A stretch of 64,000 bases of DNA. Source: Planctomycetota bacterium. GTDB lineage: Bacteria; Planctomycetota; UBA1135; UBA2386. The stretch covers positions 3,936,001 through 4,000,000 of the forward strand of contig JBKAGP010000001.1 of the NCBI GenBank assembly GCA_046290465.1, written 5' to 3'. The notes below the pieces were generated by a model that made no database searches, was not told the origin of the DNA, and saw only the letters and a list, made by a program, of their open reading frames with translations. Shown piece by piece: positions 41,301 through 51,306 of the stretch. Position numbers and translations under genes: made by a program. The stretch's first letter is position 1; each line of letters begins with the position of its first letter.

Positions 41301-42450
41301 CTCGAGGTCACCGCCACGCGGCAGGTCGCCGCCAACCACGACGGTTCGGGCACGGACGAGCTGTGGACGGTGGTCGAACGCAACGCTGCCGGCGCGATCA
41401 CCTCGGTCACCGAGCCGTCGACGACCGCCCCCGTCGGCTACACCCATTCGACCGGCGGCGCGGTGCATGCATTCGAGGTCGATTGCATGGGCCGCGTCAC
41501 CGAGACCGAGACGGGCGACGCGACGCAGGTGTTGGCGCGGCGAGCCGTTCGTTACGACCAGCTGTCGCGCGTGATCTGGACCCAGGACGACGCCTTCCGT
41601 CGCGACCTCGGGGGAGCCACTCCGATGGCCGTGCAGCAGACGGCGTGGCAGTTCGTGCCGGCGAAGCAGACCCAGCTCGCCAGGCTGTTGCGCAGCGGTC
41701 TCGACGAGACGACCTACCTGTATGTGGCGAGCACGGGGCGGCTGCAGAGCGCGTCCCAGTCCGGCGACGTGCTCGAATACGACTACCACGCGGGCACGCC
41801 CTACGTGGCGAGCGTCGTGCGCCGGGAGGTCGACGCAGGTCTCGGTGGACTGCGGATCTTCGAGACCGAGTTCGACGTCGATGCGTTCGGTCGCGTCGTG
41901 CTGGCCCGTCGCGGTGCGACCGAAGCCAGCCCGCTCGTGCACGCCTATGCCTACGACAGCCTGGGTGTCCTGGATCGCCACATCGACCCCAAGGGCCTGG
42001 TGCACAAATACCTCCGTGACGGCGTCGGGCGCGTCGTCGAACACGCGCGGGTCGATGGCGCAGCGATTTCCATCGTTACGTCGACCATATTCACCGACTC
42101 GGGTGCCACCCAGGGAGACGGTCGCACGATCCGTCAGGATGTCGATGACAGTGGGAATTCGACCGCTACACACTTCGATTTTGCAGGCCGAGCGTTCATC
42201 CTGCAACGGCCCGGCGCATCGGCGTTGCCGTCGGCCGCGGCGCCGAATGCAGATATGTGTCTGTTCGCGGTATACGATGCCGCGTCGAGGATGACGGACG
42301 TTTACGACGGAGACCAGGGGCGCTGCCGACCCGGCCAACCAGGTGCCGATCGGCACCGTGCATCGTCGCGAGGACTCGATCGGTCGCATCCACGGCGAGC
42401 GCTACAACTTCGCCGCGACCAGCGCCAACGTGCTCGAGGTCCACTCCGAG
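38321..42450 (+). pseudogene. Frameshifted, truncated Rhs/YD-repeat protein gene
   Basis: Protein-like reading switches frame near 38530, about 39250 and 40285; YD repeats (YSYDANGRL, YYDRFGH, YDQLSR, YAYDSLG); no Rhs core end or toxin tip. Confidence 0.82.
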
Positions 42451-42565
42451 TCAGGACGTCGATGACAGTGGCAATTCGACCGCTACACACTTCGATTCTG
42501 CAGGCCGAGCGTTCGTCCTGCAGCGGCCCGGCGCATCGGTGTTGCCGTCAGCCGCGGCGCTGAAT
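42450..42565 (+). repeat. 116-bp direct duplicate of Rhs segment 42133-42248
   Basis: Aligned by eye; 8 substitutions. Confidence 0.9.
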
Positions 42566-43021
42566 CAGGATGTGAGTTGTGCGTGCCTATATGGATGTAG
42601 ACCACGCAGAGAGAGACCAAGCCAATAGGAGGCACGAACAAGCGACGACCAGTACCCCACAAGTTGACCCCCCGGCGGCGCTTACAACACCGCCGGAGGA
42701 TCTAGTTCACCCCGAAGGACGAACCCGTTGCCTCCCAGCATAGCTGGAAGGTCACATCAGGAGAAACCACTTGATGTTCTTGCTCACCAAGCTGGTGGCG
42801 ACATCAGCGCAGATGATCCGCGTTCCTCGATACCGCTACCGCTTGCTGTTCATCACCTTGCGGCTGGTAGAGATATCAGCAGTGATCATCATGATCGTGG
42901 CCTAGCGCCACAGTGCATTCCGGAGGACAGCCTCCGGAATGCCACTTTCGCCTTCCCCAGCGCGTCGTTCTTCGATCCGCGCCAGCGCACACGCCCCTCG
43001 CTAGGGCGTCCGAAATCCAAT

Positions 43022-43632
43022 GCCGCTGCCGAGCGCCGGCAAGCCCGCTGCGATCGCGTTGGCGACGCTGTAGCCGCTGGACGGGTAGTCGGTGGCGACG
43101 CGCAGCGTGATGTCGGGGTTGAGGCCCGAGACGCCGTGGCCGTCGACATCGGCCGCGATCTCGCCGCAGGCGGCGACGCCGTGGTTGTTGTAGGTCGAGT
43201 TGAAGATCGGTGGGCCGATCAGCGACGCGGCCTTCAGCGGCGCGATGTCCTCGTGCCCGAAGTCCCAGCCCCACTCGATGTCGAGCACCGTGATGCCCGC
43301 GACCGAGGCGCCGGTCAACGCCTGCACCGCGTTGGCGCCGATGCCGTCGGGGCCGGTGCACGGTAGCCCTGCATGGTTGCTGAAGTCGGGCGTAAACGGC
43401 GGACCGTCACCGGGCGGCGGCATCGGCAATTCGCGCGCGTAGGCGAACTCGGCGCTCGGCAGCGCGTTGAGCTGCTGCACCAGCCGTCGCGCGTTCGCGG
43501 CGCTGTTAGCGTGCACCTCGAAGTAGAGCAGCAGGTCGACCGCCGGCCGGGTGCCTTCCGGCGCCGCCGCAAGCTGGCGCGCGCGGATCGACGCCAGCTC
43601 GTCCTCGAGCCCGGCGAAGAACGAGCGCGTCG
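43022..43632 (-). pseudogene. Inverted 611-bp copy of S8 peptidase gene segment 726-1336
   Basis: Near-identical nucleotide sequence with scattered substitutions and a compensating +1/-1 indel pair; lacks signal peptide and catalytic Ser. Confidence 0.95.
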
Positions 43633-44168
43633 CTATCTCGGAGGTCCTTAGCCAGGGGCTATGGTCGTCGCGAGCTTCCACTCCGCGGTTCATCGCCGAC
43701 ATCAGCATCACGCAGACGTTATGTTTGTGCGCGAGCTGCTTCAGGCGGACGGCGATCTCCTACTGCTCAAGGCGCATCACGTGATGCAGAAGGCGACGGC
43801 CCCATCCCTCGGGATGAGGCCGTTTACGGATGACCGGCCCGCGACCCCTGGCTTGGGCTGAGTTGGCAGACCGGTGGTCGTGGACGATTTCGGCGACCAG
43901 CTGATGCGTGTTCGGATCACTCCCTTCCCCGCATGAGAACAGCCGAGCAGCGGCTCAAGGCGACGGCCACACCAGGGCTTCACGGCTTGGGCACTGGCAG
44001 TCGCAATACAGCTGCCTCGACATCGCGCAGGTGTGGAAACGCGCGGCGATCGCAGCGCATGGGATCGCGACGTGGTGTCGAGGTGCTGTTTTCCTTGCGG
44101 TGCGTGCCGGCGGACGCCGGACGGCTGTCCACCAGCGCCGGGTCACCGCATGCGTCGGGCTTCTTCAG

Positions 44169-45830
44169 TTAGTCCTCGACGAGGTCGAGGACCCAGACCT
44201 GGTTGCGATCGACGGCGTTGAGCGGCCGCAGTTCGAGCGTCGTGCCGATGGTCGGTGCTCCGCTGGTCGCGGCCGACAGGTAGAGCTTCGGCGTCGTACC
44301 TTCCAGATAGACCCGGATGACGGTCGGTCCGGTGACTTCCTCGACGCGCCACTTCTGCTGACCCGGGTTGGAGCTCGGGAGCGGCGCTCCCATGCCGGCC
44401 GGCGTGCCAGTCGTAGGAGTTGCGGCCGAGCTAGCCAGATAGAGCCAGATGTTCTGGTCGCGCGCGGCTCGCTGGATGAACAGGTGCTCGGCGTTGTCGA
44501 GCCGGTCCTGCAGGTGCCATTCGAACTCGCCGCCGCCGGCAACGCTGTCGAGGTAGACGGTGTCGCTGGGCTCCCACGTGCCGTTGGTGCCAGCATCGGC
44601 GCGCATCGCCAGCGACGAGTTGAGGCTCGACAGCAGGCGGATGCGCCGGTTGTTCGTGCCGCCACGCGTCAGGTTGTTGGTCGCGGCGTTGTTGTCGATG
44701 ATCGTGACGGTCGCGTAGTCGCCGCCGTCGTGGGCGATGAACGAGCCGCCGTTGTCATGTGCGCCGTTCCACCGGATCAGGCCGTTGGTCGAGTTGTCGG
44801 CCGGGCAGTTGATGCTGTCGTTGGCGTCCAGAAGGATCGCGTGGCGTAGCTTGTTGCTGAACAGGTTGTTCGTGACCGTGAAGTTGTCGACGGCCGTGAG
44901 GTTGATGCCGTCGTCGCTCAGGCCCTCCAGGAAGTTGCCGGTGATCGTGATGTCGTCCGAGCACTTGATGTGGAACCCGTCGCCGTTGAGCGAGCGCCAC
45001 CAGCCAGAGGGGATCAGCGCCTGGCACTGGTCGATCTCGAGGCCAGAGCAGCCTTCGGCGTTCACGAACATCGAGCCGGCGGCGTAGCACTTGACGTTCC
45101 GAATGATGGTGTCGTCGCTGTTGCGAATCTGGATCGCGTTGCCGCCTTCGCGGTAGTGGTAGGTGAATCGGTCACCGACCGCGAACTCCGATACGGGGCC
45201 GAAGTTGGGGTCGAGCGCGAAGGTGTAGACGTCGTTTCCGATCGGCTGCACCGACGTGAACCTGTGGTGCGGGCGCGTGCCGTCCTTTGGTCGCCCCGGG
45301 ATGCTCGGATCGAGTAGCCAGCCCCATCGATTCGTAATCGAGGACGGGAACTGGTCGGGCTTCAGGCCGCGCAGGAACTTGATGTCGATGTCCAGGCCCG
45401 TGACGCTCTGCACCGTACCTTCCATGAAGGGGCGCGGGGTGCGGTCGAAAGTGAGGTCTTGGATCACGACCTTGTTGGACGTCCGGATACCGAGCGTCTG
45501 CCCTTCCTTGAGGCCGTGCAGCAGCGTCGCGCCGTTCCCCGCGAGGATCATCTGATCCGTGTTGGTTGTCATGCCGCGCACCTGCAGGGTGAACGGGCCG
45601 AGATCCGGGTAGGACTTCAGCGTGTAGACCTTGGACTGGAAGTTGACGATCGCGGCTCCGGCATTCGGGTTCGCGACGAGCCAGGCTTCAGCCGAGTCGA
45701 GGACCGCCTGGATGGCCGGTGCGTCGTCGGACCCGCTTGGCGCGGGGACCGGGAAGACCATCTGGCTGGCGACGGTCGAGGCCAGCAGAGTCGAGGCGGC
45801 GAGTGATGCGAGGAAGCGGTGGCTCTTCAT
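44169..45830 (-). CDS. Secreted right-handed parallel beta-helix protein (GH110/pectate-lyase-like) with C-terminal ricin-type domain
   Basis: Signal peptide; DDAPAIQA; NGDGFH...DDGINL; QxW repeats (QQKW, NQVW). Confidence 0.82.
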   Translation of the reverse strand: MKSHRFLASLAASTLLASTVASQMVFPVPAPSGSDDAPAIQAVLDSAEAWLVANPNAGAAIVNFQSKVYTLKSYPDLGPFTLQVRGMTTNTDQMILAGNGATLLHGLKEGQTLGIRTSNKVVIQDLTFDRTPRPFMEGTVQSVTGLDIDIKFLRGLKPDQFPSSITNRWGWLLDPSIPGRPKDGTRPHHRFTSVQPIGNDVYTFALDPNFGPVSEFAVGDRFTYHYREGGNAIQIRNSDDTIIRNVKCYAAGSMFVNAEGCSGLEIDQCQALIPSGWWRSLNGDGFHIKCSDDITITGNFLEGLSDDGINLTAVDNFTVTNNLFSNKLRHAILLDANDSINCPADNSTNGLIRWNGAHDNGGSFIAHDGGDYATVTIIDNNAATNNLTRGGTNNRRIRLLSSLNSSLAMRADAGTNGTWEPSDTVYLDSVAGGGEFEWHLQDRLDNAEHLFIQRAARDQNIWLYLASSAATPTTGTPAGMGAPLPSSNPGQQKWRVEEVTGPTVIRVYLEGTTPKLYLSAATSGAPTIGTTLELRPLNAVDRNQVWVLDLVED

Positions 45831-46420
45831 GAGTACGGTATCGGTGCTGTGGCGCAGTGCGCTGCGCGTTGATGGGTGCGGAAGCGTTGAGTTGATGGCT
45901 CCGGTCCGACCGAAGGCGTCCGTGTAACGCTTCCACCTGGCCGGCGGGGCGCCCTCATGGCCCGCGCGTTACGCGATTTCCCGAGAGCGGGCGATGGCCG
46001 ACTTGAACGATCGTCTGCGCGTGCGTGAGAGCGGCAGCGCGGCCTACGTGAAGATGTGACGACGTGGTCACAGCCCGGCTACACGTTCTGAACAGCTCGC
46101 GCGAGCTTCGACCTTGGGAACAAGCGGTGCTCGCGTGCGTCGATGCACCAGCCTGGCAGGTCGTCTTCGCCACGGTTTCCGACCGATGCGAAGCGCCGCC
46201 AGAACGAGCGCGCTCGAGCTGCTCGGCAGATCGTTGTACAAGCTCTACCCACGGCTCCGACAGCGAGCCATGGAGCTGGTCCAGGAATACCTGCGTGTGA
46301 TCGCAATGCTGGCTCGTCAGGCGGTAGCAGGGCAACGGATCACGGATCCGAACCTGACGAGTGCGCTCGCGTCGCAGGCTACAAGCAGCGAAGCCCAGCC
46401 GAGCAGCGGCGAATCGGGCA

Positions 46421-47158
46421 TCAGCTGCGAGTGCTCGCCGCGGTCGCCTCCGAACTCGCTGCCATCAGCTCTCGCATGGCTTCGCCGACATCGCGACCCA
46501 GGAAGTTGTCGAAGAGCAGCTCCATGCCTGACTCGATCAGGGCTGCCTCCCGAAGCACGTCATCATCCGGCAGTAGTCCCTGCTGCTGCCAGCGGTCCGC
46601 CGCTTCCGCCAGACGCACGGCCCACTCCTGGTCGCCGACGGGTAGCCGCTCGCGTAGCCGAGCGGCGCGCTCAAGCAGACTCGTGGCTTCCACTTCGTAA
46701 GGCGGGCGCACGAGCCGCTGCGGGAAACCGAGCAAGTGCAGCCCCACACTACCGTAGTCGGGGATCTCCGGATCCCAGTCTTGAAAGAGCGGCCGCGTCA
46801 CGTCGCTGCCCGACTTCGCAAAGGCCTGGAGTGCGTAGCGCGCGCCCCACCGGACCATACCATCGCCGAACACCGCCTCGTTGTACAGCTCGTCGCACAG
46901 AGGGTCTGGTCTGGGCACTCGTGCGTCGATCGCAGCCTGGATACTCGCCGCCCAATCGATCATGCCGTTGTCGTCGAAGACACATTCGAAGCCTTGACGT
47001 GCACGGGAAACGACGGCGTAGGCAAGGCGATCATCCTCAGGCAACCGCCCTGAGGACGCGAAGGTCTCGAACGCGGCCCTTACGACCTGGTGTGGCAAGG
47101 GTCGCGATCTCAGCAGACCCTCAACGCGAGTCAACCGCTGCATTCTCTGCTTGTTCAT
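46421..47158 (-). CDS. Hypothetical protein
   Basis: ATGA overlap with the upstream gene; RBS GGAGG; protein-like composition. Confidence 0.75.
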   Translation of the reverse strand: MNKQRMQRLTRVEGLLRSRPLPHQVVRAAFETFASSGRLPEDDRLAYAVVSRARQGFECVFDDNGMIDWAASIQAAIDARVPRPDPLCDELYNEAVFGDGMVRWGARYALQAFAKSGSDVTRPLFQDWDPEIPDYGSVGLHLLGFPQRLVRPPYEVEATSLLERAARLRERLPVGDQEWAVRLAEAADRWQQQGLLPDDDVLREAALIESGMELLFDNFLGRDVGEAMRELMAASSEATAASTRS

Positions 47159-47643
47159 GCCTGCCTCCGCGGCTCGCTCGCCATCTCCGCGGCTTGCTCA
47201 ACGCGAGCCAGCCGCTCTTCAATCTCGGTAGCCTCGATGGCGCGTAGTCGTGCCTGAATTGCGTCCACAAGCAGCTGGGCTGACTCCCGCTCGACACTGC
47301 CAGCACAGATCGCGTTGATCACCACTTCCGTCGCACTGTGGCAATCCTGGATCGTTCGGAGGCGCGGCATGTCGAAGCGCACCGGCTCGGGTTCCGACGG
47401 CGTGTCGGTCGGGCGCCCGATAACGCGGTCGCTGACGAACCGCATCGCCTGCACGTCGCCCTTGAGGGCCATGTGCAGCGCCTTGCGGATCATGGCCTGG
47501 ATGTGCTCGGGCGTGACCGCCTCCTCGGCGGCCCGCCGCAGCTCGTGAGCTCGTTTGCGCGCACCCCCAGGCCCACCGGTGTTGCCGGTGGCGAAGCGGC
47601 CGCGCTCGTCGCGCGCGGGCGTCGAGTCCCGCTGCTCAGCCAT
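47155..47643 (-). CDS. DUF5681-like / terminase-small-subunit-like protein
   Basis: RDERGRFATGNTGGPG and ALKGDVQAMRFVSDRVIGRP motifs. Confidence 0.7.
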   Translation of the reverse strand: MAEQRDSTPARDERGRFATGNTGGPGGARKRAHELRRAAEEAVTPEHIQAMIRKALHMALKGDVQAMRFVSDRVIGRPTDTPSEPEPVRFDMPRLRTIQDCHSATEVVINAICAGSVERESAQLLVDAIQARLRAIEATEIEERLARVEQAAEMASEPRRQA

Positions 47644-48937
47644 CCGCCGACGTCTCCGGTTCGTGGCCGCGCTTGACGGCAATCTCGGCGAAGGTGGAGG
47701 ACGTGCCGTCGAGCATCGCCTGCTGGCCCGTCGCCTTCTCCCAGCGCCGGATCGCAACGTCAACGAACGGCGGGCTGATCTCCATCGCACGGCAGTGGCG
47801 GCCGGTCTTCTCGGCGGCGATCAGCTGCGAACCGCTGCCGCTGAATGGCTCGTAGACGATGTCGCCGGGCTTCGTGTGCTTGCGGATCGGGCGCTCGAAC
47901 AGCTCTGTGGGCTTTGCGGTCGGGTGCTCGGCACCGGTGCTGCGCGCTTTGCCGTCGAAGTCGACTTCCCAGACCGAGTCATGGCCGTGTACGCCGTCGT
48001 GCTCGGGCTGGTCGCCCTTCCGCCACCCCATGACGCAAGGCTCGTGGCGGAAGTGCCAGTAGACACGGCCGAACACCGATGACGGCTTGACCCAGATGAT
48101 CTGCTGGTGGTCCAGGATGCCGAGCTCGCGCCAGATGCGCTGCAGATCGCCGCTGCGCTTGTGTGCGTGCCAGCAGTAGATGGCGGCCTTCGGGCCGAGC
48201 ACGTCGAGCACGTTGGCGAACACCGCACGGAAGAACGCCTCCGGGTCCTTGATCGACACCTCGTCGTAGCGATCGCTCCAGTCCTTACCGGAGTCATTGG
48301 GGCGCTCGCCGGTGTAGTCGACGCAGTAGGGCGGATCGGTCGCGACGAGCGCGGCCTTGGCGCAGTCCATGAGCCGCTCGACATCCGCCGGCTTGGTGGA
48401 GTCTCCGCAGAGCAGGCGGTGGTCACCAAGCACCCAGAGGTCGCCGAGCTCGGCGACGGCCTCGACTGGCGGAGCCTCTGGTCCTTCGTCATCGAGATCG
48501 CGGTCGACTTCTTCCTGCTCGCGGAGCTCCGCGGCGAGGCGGTCGATGTCGTCCGTATCGAACCCGATGCCGTCGAGCGCGTCCTCCTCGCGGAGTTGCT
48601 CGAGGAGCTTCGACAGGGCGGCGTCATCCCACTCGGCGAACTCGCCCGTTCGGTTATCGGCGATCGCGAAAGCCGTGGCATCTAGGTCGGTGCCGTCGAA
48701 CCACCAGACCGGCACCTTGGTCATCCCGAGACTCTGGGCGGCCTTCAGGCGCGTGTTTCCGGCGATGACCTCGCCGTCGCGCTTCGCGACGATGGGTTGC
48801 TGCCAGCCGAAGCGGCGGATGCTGGCCGCTACCTTCGGGACGGCGTCGTCGTTGTGACGCGGGTTGGTCGGGGAGCAGTAGAGCCGGTCGATTTCGACGG
48901 TCTCGATCGGCGGGGCGGTAGAGCTGTCCATGCACAT
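47636..48937 (-). CDS. ParB-like N-terminal domain fused to N6/N4 DNA methyltransferase (beta class)
   Basis: NPR...SIRRFGWQQPIV...IAGNTRLKAA...IADNR; HRLLCGDS; DPPY; HPTAKP; EPFSGSGS. Confidence 0.93.
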   Translation of the reverse strand: MCMDSSTAPPIETVEIDRLYCSPTNPRHNDDAVPKVAASIRRFGWQQPIVAKRDGEVIAGNTRLKAAQSLGMTKVPVWWFDGTDLDATAFAIADNRTGEFAEWDDAALSKLLEQLREEDALDGIGFDTDDIDRLAAELREQEEVDRDLDDEGPEAPPVEAVAELGDLWVLGDHRLLCGDSTKPADVERLMDCAKAALVATDPPYCVDYTGERPNDSGKDWSDRYDEVSIKDPEAFFRAVFANVLDVLGPKAAIYCWHAHKRSGDLQRIWRELGILDHQQIIWVKPSSVFGRVYWHFRHEPCVMGWRKGDQPEHDGVHGHDSVWEVDFDGKARSTGAEHPTAKPTELFERPIRKHTKPGDIVYEPFSGSGSQLIAAEKTGRHCRAMEISPPFVDVAIRRWEKATGQQAMLDGTSSTFAEIAVKRGHEPETSADG

Positions 48938-49119
48938 TCCTCATCAGGGTTGAGAGCCATTGGAGGTGTGCTTGGACTCAGGCTCGACCGCAGCATACTA
49001 CCACAGCAATGGACATGGCAGGTGCTGGCGACGTGCTGGGCAGGCTGGTGACGGGCAAGCGTCGACCGATCACGTACTACCTCGACCCTTCGGCATACAA
49101 CGAACTGAGCCACCAACCT

Positions 49120-49352
49120 GGCCGACCGGATCTCGTCGACAAGATGCGTCGTAGCCGCTTGCGCGGGCACGTGGTGACCTACGCCGGCAGATATATCTTG
49201 CGACGAGAAGCCGCAGATCCTGGCTTTGGACCGCACGCAGCCGTCGCCGCCGCTCCGCAGCCGCACGACCAAGACGATCATGCATGACTACAAGCGAAAC
49301 GGGGCATCCACCCTGTTCGCCGCGCTCAACGCAGCGACGGGTCACGTCTTCC
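49120..49352 (+). mobile_element. IS630-family transposase remnant
   Basis: DEKPQILALDRTQP...HDYKRNGASTLFAALNAATGHV matches IS630 DDE motifs; fragment only. Confidence 0.85.
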
Positions 49353-49391
49353 CGCCGGTCCGGCGACCTGCCGCCAGCCAAATTCTGCCCC

Positions 49392-49419
49392 TTGACAGCC
49401 GTGCAACCGCCCGTACGAT
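49392..49419 (+). promoter_or_regulatory. Sigma70-type promoter TTGACA-N16-TACGAT
   Basis: Perfect -35 and 4/6 -10, 55 bp upstream of ATG 49475. Confidence 0.6.
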
Positions 49420-49474
49420 GTGAGGCAAGGGAGGCGATACCAACTAGCGATCGCTAGGACGAGGACAAGGATCG

Positions 49475-49966
49475 ATGAAGACAATCGCAATACTGTTCGG
49501 GTTGCTTGCTGCCACTTTCGCTTGGCGAGGCTGGTCAGACACTGATTGCGCTACGGCTTGCGCGTGCTTGGCCGAGGCCTACTGGGAGCAAGTCGTATCT
49601 CCAGACGCGTGCTTAGATTTCGACGTCCACTATGGCACGGCGATACCTGGCTGTTGCCCGATAGAGACGCAACTCGACTGCCCGCAAGCTGGTTGCGCGT
49701 ATCAGTTTCATCTGTATGAGGTGACGAACAACTGCGAATGCACCGTCGTCGCCGCGCTTCCCGGCTTCGGTGGGTTCGATACGCCCTTGGGTCACGGCGA
49801 GACGGGCCCAATCGGCGGCGGCTTTGCACTGGTCGCCTGCCCAGACACTGACTACTTCAGCATGGGCCTCTACTGCGCAGGCGCCGTCTTACCCGGCGGC
49901 TATCTCTCCTACGCTACTGGGCACCACCCGTGCCACAACACCGACAACCAGTGTGTTGAACCATGA
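49475..49966 (+). CDS. Small secreted cysteine-rich protein (14 Cys)
   Basis: Signal peptide MKTIAILFGLLAATFA; RBS AAGGA; Cys residues counted in the translation. Confidence 0.75.
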   Translation: MKTIAILFGLLAATFAWRGWSDTDCATACACLAEAYWEQVVSPDACLDFDVHYGTAIPGCCPIETQLDCPQAGCAYQFHLYEVTNNCECTVVAALPGFGGFDTPLGHGETGPIGGGFALVACPDTDYFSMGLYCAGAVLPGGYLSYATGHHPCHNTDNQCVEP

Positions 49967-50805
49967 GAGTCACCGCATTAGTCGCGGCGGCAGCGACAGC
50001 TTCCTTTGTCGCCGTAGCATTGCTAATCGATCGCGGTTCCGAGAAGCCCCGGGCAGACTCATATGAAGAGGCGCCGCCCTCGCCCAGAAGTGAGGACCCA
50101 ACCCCTGGGTCGCTCAATCCTGGTGACGCCCAAGAGATCCCGAATCGCCACGGGCTGCCCCCTCAGCCGCTCAACGACACCAGCACGGATTCAAGCGAGA
50201 GAGAAGCTGCATTGTTCGCGACTCTGGCGCGCCTGGAAGAACGGGCGGCCAAGGCCCGACAGGCGATGCAGGCCGCCGGCCTACCTGAGGAATATCTTGA
50301 CAACATGATTTCGTACGACAAGCACTTAATTGCAGCGATGAAGATCCGCGCAGGGAACTATGATGAGGTCAAGGACCCGATCGGCGGCGGCTTGTTCGGA
50401 ACGCCCGACACCTGCTACTCAGCATACCAGTCCGGTGATCGCCACCTGAGGATCCGCTACACTCGCGCCGAAAGCCCCCAGCTATTTGAGGCGATCGATG
50501 CTCGCTTGTCCCTGAGTCAAGACGGCTGGGACGAGGCCGTTGAGGAGTTCAACAAGCTCCCGGAGCACGAGCGCACGCTTCGAATCTCAGAGAATGAGCG
50601 AATTGAAGGACTCCTAGGCTCGCTCGATGCAGAACTGGCCAAGCATAAGGCGGGGTCACATGAGTGGCACGACGTTTCCGCCAAGCGCATGGATCTACGA
50701 CGGCGGAAGAGCTTGCAGGGACTACCATTCTTCATGCGGCGCGACGGCGACACTAACCGCGTCAGCAGAGCCCTCAACTTGCGCAGGACGGCACTCAAAA
50801 AGTGA
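49963..50805 (+). CDS. Membrane-anchored hypothetical protein
   Basis: ATGA overlap; N-terminal hydrophobic helix, Pro-rich linker, helical domain. Confidence 0.75.
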   Translation: MRVTALVAAAATASFVAVALLIDRGSEKPRADSYEEAPPSPRSEDPTPGSLNPGDAQEIPNRHGLPPQPLNDTSTDSSEREAALFATLARLEERAAKARQAMQAAGLPEEYLDNMISYDKHLIAAMKIRAGNYDEVKDPIGGGLFGTPDTCYSAYQSGDRHLRIRYTRAESPQLFEAIDARLSLSQDGWDEAVEEFNKLPEHERTLRISENERIEGLLGSLDAELAKHKAGSHEWHDVSAKRMDLRRRKSLQGLPFFMRRDGDTNRVSRALNLRRTALKK

Positions 50806-51188
50806 GCCCTGCTCGCGATCGCACTTGCCGACATGCTTCAGTGCCGACACTGCGCGGCGCTCTCATAGGTGGGCTAGCTGCCGTATTGTGGTCCAAGCTA
50901 GCCGGAGGTGTGTCGGGTTACGGATGGCTCGCTGTCGCATTCGAAGCATCGCTAATGGCAACCCTCCTAGTTGGGCGACTATATCTCGCAGGCGGACTGG
51001 CCACTGCCGCAGGAATCACCGCGCTGGCCTGGTCTTTCGTGATGCCCGACACGTATTGCAATTGCCTCGGTGAGGCATCCTCTAGCAGTCTTGACCTGAG
51101 AAGAGCCCTCGCCAGTGCTGCGGCAGGCTTAGGACTTCTGTTGATTCACCAGACGCGGGTAACTCACCAGGGCGTTGCGCGGGTGTGA
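50802..51188 (+). CDS. MauE/DoxX-like membrane protein
   Basis: GTGA overlap; about 4 hydrophobic helices; conserved-looking Glu and CNCLG (CxCxG) motif. Confidence 0.6.
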   Translation: MSPARDRTCRHASVPTLRGALIGGLAAVLWSKLAGGVSGYGWLAVAFEASLMATLLVGRLYLAGGLATAAGITALAWSFVMPDTYCNCLGEASSSSLDLRRALASAAAGLGLLLIHQTRVTHQGVARV

Positions 51189-51306
51189 TGGCATCGATCG
51201 GGCGGCGCATGATGGAGCCGTGCGGGCCGCGCCAAGGCGCCTGGGGACCGCCCGCCCTTGGCCTATCCTGTACTACACGCGCCGATCGCCCCGATCCGAG
51301 TAAACC

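Noticed and set aside
38321..42019. Single intact 1232-aa protein
   Set aside because: Only two segments of this frame are protein-like; the rest is out-of-frame reading of the broken Rhs gene
42133..42565. DGR template/variable repeat pair (also considered for 726-1336 vs 43022-43632)
   Set aside because: Mismatches are not adenine-specific in either direction, and no reverse transcriptase is present
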